Shown one piece after another: positions 9,169 to 16,708 of a stretch of 47,138 nucleotides of DNA (position 1 is its first letter; the number at the start of each line of letters is the position of its first letter). A program made the translations under genes and the position numbers. Source of the DNA: an uncultured Smithella sp. (GTDB lineage Bacteria; Desulfobacterota; Syntrophia; Syntrophales; Smithellaceae); assembly GCA_964405915.1 (NCBI GenBank), contig CAYOPU010000001.1:1-47138 (forward strand). The letters run 5' to 3'. The notes beneath the pieces are model-generated. The model made no database searches. It was given only the letters and a program-made list of their open reading frames with translations, and was not told the DNA's origin.

Positions 9169-9624
9169 ATGATTGCTTATCAGCTTGCCGTGTTCGCGGA
9201 AGATAAACCGGGTCAACTGGCCCATGTGACCAATGTTCTGTCCAAGGCTGAAATCAGTATCCGGGCGACAACCATCTCGACTCACGGTACGTCCGGGGTG
9301 ATCAATTTGATTGTTGATGACCCGAAACTGGCGGCAAAGGCGCTCGCCAAAGCCGGTATGACGGTTCACCTGAAAAATGTTCTGGCCGTATTAATTCCGG
9401 ATAAACCGGGCGGTCTGGATAAGTTGATGCAGCTTCTTTATAAGGAAGGCGTCAATATCAATAACGCCTGCGGCTTTGTTCTGGAAAGCGCGGAAAAGGC
9501 CGTCTTTGTCGTGGACGTGGATCAGATTGAAAAAACGGAAAAACTCCTGGAGAAGAATGGATTCAAAACACTGGATACGGAAGCGCTGTCGGCGATTGAA
9601 CCGTTCCACTACATGAAATACTGA
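9169..9624 (+). CDS. tandem ACT-domain protein
   Basis: 151 aa with two ACT-like units, each opening with a xDKPG motif (FAEDKPGQLAHV and IPDKPGGLDKL). Strong RBS GAGGAG. Confidence 0.85.
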   Translation: MIAYQLAVFAEDKPGQLAHVTNVLSKAEISIRATTISTHGTSGVINLIVDDPKLAAKALAKAGMTVHLKNVLAVLIPDKPGGLDKLMQLLYKEGVNINNACGFVLESAEKAVFVVDVDQIEKTEKLLEKNGFKTLDTEALSAIEPFHYMKY

Positions 9625-9637
9625 TGAGGATAAAACC

Positions 9638-10072
9638 ATGGCGCATGAAGACAAAGGAAGATATTTCACGAAGCATCCGGAAGGGACAAAGGTCAGGGAT
9701 GACCTGAAACAGGAGATTCTCAAACAGGCAAAAGATAACAATATCTCCTGCAAAGCGGCGGAAAAAATATCTCAGAACACCGGCGCGCCGCTCGGCGAAA
9801 TCGGCGTGGCCATCGATATGCTCAATCTCAATATTGCCCAATGCCAGCTGGGGCTTTTCGGTTTTGACGGCAAGCAAAAGCGTGTGCCGGCTGCCCCATC
9901 CGTCGTGCCGGAGCTGGAGTCGGCCATCCGCGGAGCGCTGGTGAACGGGCGGCTTTCCTGCGCTGACGCATGGAAAATCGCTGATAAACTCGGCGTGAAG
10001 CGCTTGGACGTTTGCGCCGCCTGTGAAAAATTGAACATCAAAGTCAAACCCTGTCAACTCGGCGCTTTCTGA
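9638..10072 (+). CDS. hypothetical protein built from two copies of a ~50-aa Cys-containing module ending in CQLGxF
   Basis: 144 aa with RBS GAGGA. Half 1 is NISCKAAEKISQNTGAPLGEIGVAIDMLNLNIAQCQLGLFG. Half 2 is RLSCADAWKIADKLGVKRLDVCAACEKLNIKVKPCQLGAF. I do not recognise the family. Confidence 0.7.
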   Translation: MAHEDKGRYFTKHPEGTKVRDDLKQEILKQAKDNNISCKAAEKISQNTGAPLGEIGVAIDMLNLNIAQCQLGLFGFDGKQKRVPAAPSVVPELESAIRGALVNGRLSCADAWKIADKLGVKRLDVCAACEKLNIKVKPCQLGAF

Positions 10073-10134
10073 TATGCAGGGCATGGAGATGCTGATGTCC
10101 TTTATTTCCTGATGGAGCAAAGGAAGGGTTTTGT

Positions 10135-12003
10135 ATGATTCTCGACTGGCGGGATACCTATCAGAAAAAACTGACCGATGCTAAAAGCGCCTTATCGCGG
10201 ATACGTCGCGGGGCGCGAATCTTCATCGCGTCTGCCTGCGGAGAGCCTCAACTCCTGGTCAAGACGCTCCTCGACATGGCACAGAATTTTGCCGATGTAG
10301 AGGTTATCCACTTTCTGGACCTGGGACTTACCGATTATACAGCGGAAGTTTATACAGGACATTTCCGTCATAACGCGCTCTTTATCGGCGCAAACGCCCG
10401 TAAGGCGATTAAGGCGGGCAATGCCGATTATACCCCCATTTTTCTGTCCGAAGTGCCCCTGCTGATGCAACGGGGGGCCATGCCCATTGATGTCGCTCTG
10501 ATCACCGTATCTCCGCCGGATGCAAACGGCTATGTCAGCCTGGGGATTTCTGTCGATATCACCAAGACGGCGGCGGCAGCGGCGCGGTATGTTGTGGCGG
10601 AAGTCAATCCGAATATGCCCCGGACGCTGGGCGACAGTTTTATCCATGTCAACGAAATTTCCGCCTTTGTGGAAAACGATGCGCCGCTTCTGGAATTTCA
10701 ACAGAAGGCTCCCGGCGATATTGCCCAATCCATCGGACAACTCATTGCCGAACTGATTGACAACGAATCCACCATTCAGACCGGCGTCGGCAAAATTCCC
10801 AACTCGGTTTTTCCTTACCTGACCAATAAAAAAGACCTGGGCGTGCATACGGAAACGTTTACCGACGGTCTCATCGATCTGATTGAAAACGGCGTGGTGA
10901 CCTGCCGGAAAAAATCCCTGCATCCGGGCAAAATCGTCGCCGCTTTCTGCATGGGCACAAGGCGTCTTTACGATTATGTGCATAACAATCCGCTGTTTGA
11001 ATTCCGCCCGTGCCAGTATGTCAATGATCCGTATATGATCGCTCAAAACGACCGGATGGTGTCCATCAACTCGGCGTTGACCGTGGATCTGACCGGACAG
11101 GTCTGCTCGGATTCCCTGGGCTTCGATTTTTACAGCGGTATCGGCGGACAGGTGGATTTCGTGCGCGGGTCGGCTATGTCGCATCGCGGCAAGTCCATCA
11201 TGGTGCTGCCCTCTACAACGGAGGACGGCAAGATTTCCCGCATTGTCCCGTATCCTTCTCCGGGCAGCGGCGTGGTGGTGACGCGCGGCGATATCCATTA
11301 CGTGGTAACGGAATACGGCATTGCCTATGTCCATGGGAAATCCATCCGCGACCGGGCCATGATGCTCATCAGCATCGCTCATCCCCGATTCCGCGATGAA
11401 CTGCTGGAGGCGGCAAAACGTCAGGGCTACATCTACCGCGATCAGACGCTGCCGGCGGTTTTGTATCCGAAGGAATATGAAATCAACTGGGTGGACAAGA
11501 AGGGGACGTCTCTCTTTTTCCGTCCGGTGAAAGCCACAGATGAGCGCGCCATTCAGGATTTGATTTACGGCCTGCCGGAGCAGGCTGTTTATACCCGGTT
11601 TTTTCAAAACCTGAAATCGTTTTCCCATAAAGTTGCCATGCCGCTGGCCGCTATTGATTATAACGATAAAATGGCTATTGCCGCGGTGATCGGCAAGGAA
11701 GAGCCGGAAGGACGGGAAGAGATCGTGGCCATCGGGCGGTACATCAATGATCCGCATACACGTTATGCCGAAGTGGCTTTTACCACCCATCAGGACTGGC
11801 AGGCGCGTGGGATCGGGACGTTTTTGCTGAAGTATCTGATCCGCATTGCGAAAGAAAAAAACATCGAGGGATTCACGGCGGACGTGCTGTCGCGCAATAA
11901 GCCGATGATGCAGGTGTTTTCCAAGTCCGGCTGTCCCATGACGACGCATCTGGATACAGGTGTTTATGAACTGAAAATTAATTTTATTCAGGAAACAAAA
12001 TGA
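10135..12003 (+). CDS. fusion protein: acetyl-CoA hydrolase/transferase family domain (N-terminal ~430 aa) plus Pat-type GNAT acetyltransferase domain (C-terminal ~180 aa)
   Basis: The N-terminal part resembles the 4-hydroxybutyrate CoA-transferase / acetyl-CoA hydrolase family (IFIASACGEPQ, GVHTETFTDG, NSALTVDLTGQV). The C-terminal part has Pat-like GNAT features (YTRFF, IDYNDKMAIAAV, IGRYINDP..AEVAFTTHQDWQARGIG). The antisense 585-aa ORF is a shadow. Confidence 0.85.
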   Translation: MILDWRDTYQKKLTDAKSALSRIRRGARIFIASACGEPQLLVKTLLDMAQNFADVEVIHFLDLGLTDYTAEVYTGHFRHNALFIGANARKAIKAGNADYTPIFLSEVPLLMQRGAMPIDVALITVSPPDANGYVSLGISVDITKTAAAAARYVVAEVNPNMPRTLGDSFIHVNEISAFVENDAPLLEFQQKAPGDIAQSIGQLIAELIDNESTIQTGVGKIPNSVFPYLTNKKDLGVHTETFTDGLIDLIENGVVTCRKKSLHPGKIVAAFCMGTRRLYDYVHNNPLFEFRPCQYVNDPYMIAQNDRMVSINSALTVDLTGQVCSDSLGFDFYSGIGGQVDFVRGSAMSHRGKSIMVLPSTTEDGKISRIVPYPSPGSGVVVTRGDIHYVVTEYGIAYVHGKSIRDRAMMLISIAHPRFRDELLEAAKRQGYIYRDQTLPAVLYPKEYEINWVDKKGTSLFFRPVKATDERAIQDLIYGLPEQAVYTRFFQNLKSFSHKVAMPLAAIDYNDKMAIAAVIGKEEPEGREEIVAIGRYINDPHTRYAEVAFTTHQDWQARGIGTFLLKYLIRIAKEKNIEGFTADVLSRNKPMMQVFSKSGCPMTTHLDTGVYELKINFIQETK

Positions 12004-12956
12004 TGGACACCAGACGAAATTTTATTAAAAAAAGCGCTATCCTCTGCGCCGCGGTAAGCCTGCCGATGCCGCTTGCTGCAGCCGGGCAGCCAGTCCCAAG
12101 GGAATTCAAGACCCGCAATCCGAAACGCGCGCTTGTTTTGTACTACAGCCAGACGGGATTCACTGCCCGTTACGGAAAGCTGATCGCCTGCATTCTGAAG
12201 GACAGGGGACTGACGGCGGAGCTGGCCGACATGCGGCGTTTCGATAAAGAACGCCTGCCGGATTATGATCTGATTCTCATCGGGTCGCCGGTTTTTTATT
12301 ATGACATTCCGCTAAATGTCATCGACTGGCTGGCCGCCTCGCCGAAGATCACGGGAATTCCCGTGGCAGCGTTTGTTTCCTTTGGCGGACCGGAAGGCAA
12401 TCAGCACAACGCCCTGTGTCACACGCTGCATCTTCTGGTGGAAAAGGAAGGCATCCCCGTCGGCATGGAAGCCTTCCGCAGTATTCCGGGCTATCCCACG
12501 CCAGCCTGGGACAGCGCCAATCAGCGTTCGGGCGAACATCTCCCCGACGAGGCGACGTACAACCGGGTGCGGGACTTCACCGGAAAGATTCTGGAAAGCG
12601 TTCAACAGGGCCGGTCGCTGGTCTATGCGTCCGAACTTGCGCTTCGGGAAATGGCGCGAATGCTTCCCCTGGCCCGTCTCAACAAGAAAATGATCAACAA
12701 ACACACGGTGGACGGCGCAAGATGCATCGGTTGTCTGACCTGCGTGAAAAAATGTCCGGTGGCCGCCATCCACCCGAAAAAGCAACTGGTCGATCGTGAA
12801 AAATGTCTGCTTTGTTTTGGCTGCCTTAACAACTGCCCGGCGGATGCCGTTGTCATGGAATATCGCGGAAAAAAACTGTACGGTTTTTTGGAATACCTCC
12901 GGCGCAGGAAAATTACCATCCTGGAGCCGCCCGAGTGTCAGACCTGTAAGCTTTGA
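12000..12956 (+). CDS. Tat-signal flavodoxin-like / 2x[4Fe-4S] ferredoxin fusion protein
   Basis: The N-terminus MMDTRRNFIKKSAILCAAVSLPMPLAAAG fits the twin-arginine consensus (T-R-R-x-F-I-K). Flavodoxin-like LVLYYSQTGFT. Two CxxCxxCxxxCP motifs (CIGCLTCVKKCP and CLLCFGCLNNCP). The start overlaps the upstream stop (ATGA at 12000-12003). Confidence 0.8.
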   Translation: MMDTRRNFIKKSAILCAAVSLPMPLAAAGQPVPREFKTRNPKRALVLYYSQTGFTARYGKLIACILKDRGLTAELADMRRFDKERLPDYDLILIGSPVFYYDIPLNVIDWLAASPKITGIPVAAFVSFGGPEGNQHNALCHTLHLLVEKEGIPVGMEAFRSIPGYPTPAWDSANQRSGEHLPDEATYNRVRDFTGKILESVQQGRSLVYASELALREMARMLPLARLNKKMINKHTVDGARCIGCLTCVKKCPVAAIHPKKQLVDREKCLLCFGCLNNCPADAVVMEYRGKKLYGFLEYLRRRKITILEPPECQTCKL

Positions 12957-13088
12957 TGAAATGCCGTTGCCCTGACCGAAGCATTCCTCTCGTTCCCACT
13001 CGCTAAAAAGACTTATGTTTCTGTTGACTTTCATGGCTTATCTCGTTTATGATTTTACCGCTGAAATATCCGATAAGGGAGATAGACC

Positions 13089-14900
13089 ATGATGAAAAGT
13101 CTGAAGGCTGTTTTTGTTTTCATGCTGCTGTTCATATCGGCGCCGGCGATGGCCGAGAATTTTACGGTGAAGGGCGACATGGCCTCCACGATTCATTATG
13201 AGCTGCAGCATCAAATCAAGGCTGGCGATTCGATGAAGAAGCTGCTGCTGAGTTTTGTCGTGCCCGAAAGTTTCGATTCTCCCACCTACAGGCAGAAGAT
13301 CACCAATTTTAAAATTACTTTTTCACCCGAGCCCCAGAAAAAAAACACCACCACGGATGACCGCGGCAATAAGACCGTTCTGGCGACCTGGACAAATGTT
13401 CCTTCCACGATTGACGCGGTGGTGTCCTTTGATGCTCAAACCAACACGGGTTTGGAGGCCATCCAATCCAACGCGCCATTTCCGCTGGCATCGATCCCTC
13501 AGACGTTAAAGGTCTACCTGCAGACCTCCGAGCAGGTGCAGACCGATGATCCGGCCATTCGGGATCTGGCGCGTAAGCTCACCGGCAATACAAAAATGCA
13601 GTTTGATGCCGTCCAAAAGGTGGTGAGCTGGGTTGTGGACCATGTTCGGTATGTCAATCCCCCGGTGCAATACGATGCCCTTTACTCCCTCCGGACCGGA
13701 AAAGGCAATTGTCAAAACTATTCCCATCTGACGGCGGCCCTTTTGCGCAACGTGGGGGTGCCCGTCCGGATTGTCAACGGCGTCACCATGAATCAGCCGT
13801 TTGACGTCACCTGGATAAAGGGCACTCTGACTTTTAAAATGGGGCAGGGTCGGCATTCCTGGGTGGAGGTGTGGTTCCCCGATCTGGGTTGGGTGCCCTA
13901 TGATCCGCAAAATATGCAGTTTTTTATTTCCAATCGCTTTGTGCGAATTGAAGTGGGCGTTGACAATAACGAAACCAAAAATGACGGTCTTGTCCGCTGG
14001 GCACAGGGTGAGAATGCGCGGACCAAACCGACGCTGCAGGAAACGATCGATGCAAAATTCCTTTCCGACACCATAAAAGTATCGGCCCAGCGGCAGAATT
14101 ACGGTCCGAAGAATCTACTTTTGGGGCCCAGTGTTCTGGCTCAGGCAGCCGTTCAACCTCCTCCGGAGCCTGCGCCTGTGCCGCAAGCGCCTGTCATTAT
14201 TCCTTCTGAGCCGGCGCCGCCGCTGCCGGCTCCCGAACCGGAACCTGCCCCTGTTTTGGAACCTCAGCCCGCTCCTCAACCTCCGCCTCCTCCACCGGCG
14301 CCGCCAAAGCCGCCGAAAGCATTGCGTTATGATGTTCCCTTTGTTTACGGCAATCTGGAATTTCCGGAAAACGTTAATTTTGCCTTTCCCCGTGAAACCA
14401 GGGACAAGGGAAAGGGATCCTTTGAAATGTCCCGCAATTTCCTGGTGGAAACGGCGGAATTTGTCAGTCACAGTGTGACGCAGTATGCGCAGGTTATCGA
14501 ACTGGCCAAACCGGTCACGCTCCATAAAATCGCGCTGGCTTTGCATAATTTCGGCGGAGACGGCCAACTCTGGGTGGATATTTTCAAAGACAATAATGGC
14601 CAGCCGGGCGAACCCTTATGCACCACACAGATGATTAATGTGGAAGATATTTCCACCCGACCGGGTTACCGCTGGGAGACTTTTAAATTTACGAATAAGG
14701 AGAGACCGGTCCTGGAGCCCGGCGCTTACTGGATTGCTCTGGGATTTTCCGGAAGGCCGATCATCAACTGGTTTTACACTTACGGCAAGCCAATCGGACC
14801 GGTTTACGGCACCCGCTATAAGAGCATTTTCGACAAAGAATGGAGCGGGGCGCTGAACTATGAGTTTAACTACCGGGTCGAGGGGATGACGGTTCGCTAA
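13089..14900 (+). CDS. secreted transglutaminase-like cysteine protease-fold protein with a Pro-rich linker and an uncharacterised C-terminal domain
   Basis: Signal peptide MMKSLKAVFVFMLLFISAPAMA. Transglutaminase core GKGNCQNYSHL ... GRHSWVEVW ... GWVPYDPQ (Cys-His-Asp). A PxP-rich tract of about 60 aa is encoded at roughly 14150-14320. RBS AAGGGAGA. Confidence 0.85.
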   Translation: MMKSLKAVFVFMLLFISAPAMAENFTVKGDMASTIHYELQHQIKAGDSMKKLLLSFVVPESFDSPTYRQKITNFKITFSPEPQKKNTTTDDRGNKTVLATWTNVPSTIDAVVSFDAQTNTGLEAIQSNAPFPLASIPQTLKVYLQTSEQVQTDDPAIRDLARKLTGNTKMQFDAVQKVVSWVVDHVRYVNPPVQYDALYSLRTGKGNCQNYSHLTAALLRNVGVPVRIVNGVTMNQPFDVTWIKGTLTFKMGQGRHSWVEVWFPDLGWVPYDPQNMQFFISNRFVRIEVGVDNNETKNDGLVRWAQGENARTKPTLQETIDAKFLSDTIKVSAQRQNYGPKNLLLGPSVLAQAAVQPPPEPAPVPQAPVIIPSEPAPPLPAPEPEPAPVLEPQPAPQPPPPPPAPPKPPKALRYDVPFVYGNLEFPENVNFAFPRETRDKGKGSFEMSRNFLVETAEFVSHSVTQYAQVIELAKPVTLHKIALALHNFGGDGQLWVDIFKDNNGQPGEPLCTTQMINVEDISTRPGYRWETFKFTNKERPVLEPGAYWIALGFSGRPIINWFYTYGKPIGPVYGTRYKSIFDKEWSGALNYEFNYRVEGMTVR

Positions 14901-14906
14901 CGCGTT

Positions 14907-14957
14907 TTTAATCCCGCTGTTGCGGGACGCGCGTTAATTATCCGCAGCTTGCTGCGA
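14907..14957 (+). repeat. 51-bp palindrome-containing intergenic element, copy 1
   Basis: TTTAATCCCGCTGTTGCGGGACGCGCGTTAATTATCCGCAGCTTGCTGCGA. Contains hairpin TCCCGC-TGTT-GCGGGA and the palindrome CGCAGC-TT-GCTGCG. 48/51 identical to 16621-16671 in the same orientation. Confidence 0.85.
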
Positions 14958-14973
14958 TATCATGATGTTTATT

Positions 14974-15585
14974 TCATGTCTCGACAGCTTGCGGCGAGGG
15001 GGGTGAATCGTGTTCTTCGTCCAGCTTTTTTCTGGCCCCGGCCAGCGTGTCGTCAAAGAGTTTTTCCAGTTGCTCATTGACGCCGCGCAGTCCGTCAATC
15101 ACCGCCTGCGCCCACTGCAGATAGTCGATCCTTCTGGGCAAAGGCCAGTTGTCCGGCGGAGCAAATGCAATGTCACGGACGTTGCATATTTTATCGGCCA
15201 GCTTAATTTGCTTGGCGCGCCGGGACAGACAGGGTGAGTGGATAATCTGGTTTTGCTTTCTTTCCTCCTTGGGAAGATGTTTGTCGTCGCTGACCTCCAG
15301 CACCAATTTCAGAACGTCATCGCCGAAGTGAGAGCGGATTTCTTCCGGGCTGGTGTCCGTGTCTTCAATCGTATCATGAAGAATGGCGGCAATGATGACT
15401 GCCTCATCGTAAACTCCGCCAACGGTCCATAAGATATTGGCAACTTCAATGGGGTGGTTGATGTAGGGAGAGGCGGCCGAGTCTTTCCTTCTCTGATGGC
15501 GGTGCTTCCCCGCTGAAAAATTCAGGGCTTTTAGAAATAGCGTTAAATCGTTTTTCAATCCGGTCTCCTTGAGCGGTTTGAGCAT
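14974..15585 (-). CDS. HD-domain (p)ppGpp 3'-pyrophosphohydrolase-like protein (small alarmone hydrolase, Mesh1/SpoT-hydrolase type)
   Basis: 203 aa. RelA/SpoT hydrolase-domain signatures: KHRHQRRKD..PYINHPIEVANIL and ILHDTIEDT. No synthetase domain. No obvious SD sequence before the ATG. Confidence 0.85.
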   Translation of the reverse strand: MLKPLKETGLKNDLTLFLKALNFSAGKHRHQRRKDSAASPYINHPIEVANILWTVGGVYDEAVIIAAILHDTIEDTDTSPEEIRSHFGDDVLKLVLEVSDDKHLPKEERKQNQIIHSPCLSRRAKQIKLADKICNVRDIAFAPPDNWPLPRRIDYLQWAQAVIDGLRGVNEQLEKLFDDTLAGARKKLDEEHDSPPSPQAVET

Positions 15586-15689
15586 ATCACAGGCGGGGTT
15601 TGCGAGGCAAATAAATGTCGGGCGGCCTGTTTGAGATTATGATAGATAGGTGTTGAACATTTTCCGTATTTTACGCGGATGGGGACAAA

Positions 15690-16625
15690 ATGAAGAACGA
15701 GCGGGATGCAGGCATGATCAACGAGGATGCCGGGAACATTATTTTTGAAAAACCGGATCTGGCGCTTTTGAATAAAGACTATGCCGTTTTTGATATGCAT
15801 TTTCATACCTGTTTTACGGATGGCCGCAACACGGTACGGGCGATTGCCGCACGGGCGTGCGCTCTGGGAATCGGCGTTGCGATCACCGACCATAATGATA
15901 TCCGGGGCGCTCTGGAAATGGAACAGTACCGGGAGGTGCCCAGCATTCCGGGCATTGAAATCACCTCCCGCGAAGGGTCGCATATCCTGGTTTATTTTTA
16001 TCAACTGCATCAGTTGAAGAAATTTTATTCCAAATACATCAAACCTTTCCTGGGCCGCGACGTGATGAGCTCCACAAAGCTGAGCATGGAGGAAATTGTC
16101 CATTGCGCAAAGCTTTTTCCATCCGTGACGATTTTTCCGCATCCTTACTGTGTGGCCTACACCGGTATCTGCAATTGTAATTTCGATGAACCGCGTCTGG
16201 AGCGTCTTCTGGAAGCCGCAAACGGCGTGGAAGTGATTAACGCGGAAAATATCCATCGCTGGAATTTACGGTGCGCGCTTTTGGGATCTCGTTTAAAAAA
16301 AGCGATTACCGGCGGCAGCGACGGCCATTCCCTCTACCACATGGGCAAGGTCGTGACCTGCGCGGGCTGCGAAAAATCAGGCCCCGCCATGCTGGATGCG
16401 GTGGAAAATGCCAGAGTCCGTGTTGTCGGCAAAGAAATCAACCTGCTGCGCAAAGTGGCCGCAAGCAGCGCTAAACTGCATGTTCATGCCGGGGCTTATC
16501 CTGGCCGTCTGGGGAAAAATATCCGTTACAGTTACCGGGTGCTTCATGTAAAATCCGTTCTCATCAGACGGCAATTACAGTTGCGTTTTTACCGCGGGAG
16601 AAATAAAACTCATCCGCTTATTTAA
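15690..16625 (+). CDS. PHP-domain metal-dependent phosphoesterase (TrpH/YciV-like)
   Basis: 311 aa. N-terminal PHP motifs FDMHFHTCFTDG and AITDHNDIRGA, then GIEITS and GGSDGHS. The antisense ORF 15555..16256 is a shadow. The stop codon (16623-16625) lies inside repeat copy 2. Confidence 0.85.
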   Translation: MKNERDAGMINEDAGNIIFEKPDLALLNKDYAVFDMHFHTCFTDGRNTVRAIAARACALGIGVAITDHNDIRGALEMEQYREVPSIPGIEITSREGSHILVYFYQLHQLKKFYSKYIKPFLGRDVMSSTKLSMEEIVHCAKLFPSVTIFPHPYCVAYTGICNCNFDEPRLERLLEAANGVEVINAENIHRWNLRCALLGSRLKKAITGGSDGHSLYHMGKVVTCAGCEKSGPAMLDAVENARVRVVGKEINLLRKVAASSAKLHVHAGAYPGRLGKNIRYSYRVLHVKSVLIRRQLQLRFYRGRNKTHPLI

Positions 16626-16671
16626 TCCCGCTGTTGCGGGACGCGCGTTAATTCTCCGCAGCGTGCCGCGA
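16621..16671 (+). repeat. 51-bp palindrome-containing intergenic element, copy 2
   Basis: TTTAATCCCGCTGTTGCGGGACGCGCGTTAATTCTCCGCAGCGTGCCGCGA. The first 33 nt are identical to copy 1. The 3 mismatches all fall in the second half and weaken the second palindrome. Confidence 0.85.
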
Positions 16672-16708
16672 GGGGGTTGATGGGCTGGTTACCAGAAGGA
16701 GACAAACG

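Noticed and set aside
14150-14320. Apparent tandem or low-complexity DNA repeat (CCG/CCT-rich).
   Set aside because: It lies inside the transglutaminase-like ORF and encodes the Pro-rich linker. It is compositional low complexity with no exact DNA tandem unit, so it is not an independent repeat or CRISPR-like feature.
14907-16671. Interpretation of the two 51-bp elements as integron attC sites delimiting a gene cassette.
   Set aside because: There is no integrase or attI nearby. The bracketed segment holds two divergent genes with their own intergenic promoter region. The element lacks convincing RYYYAAC / GTTRRRY core sites. Only copy 1 can extend its hairpin, via TAACGCG/CGCGTTA.
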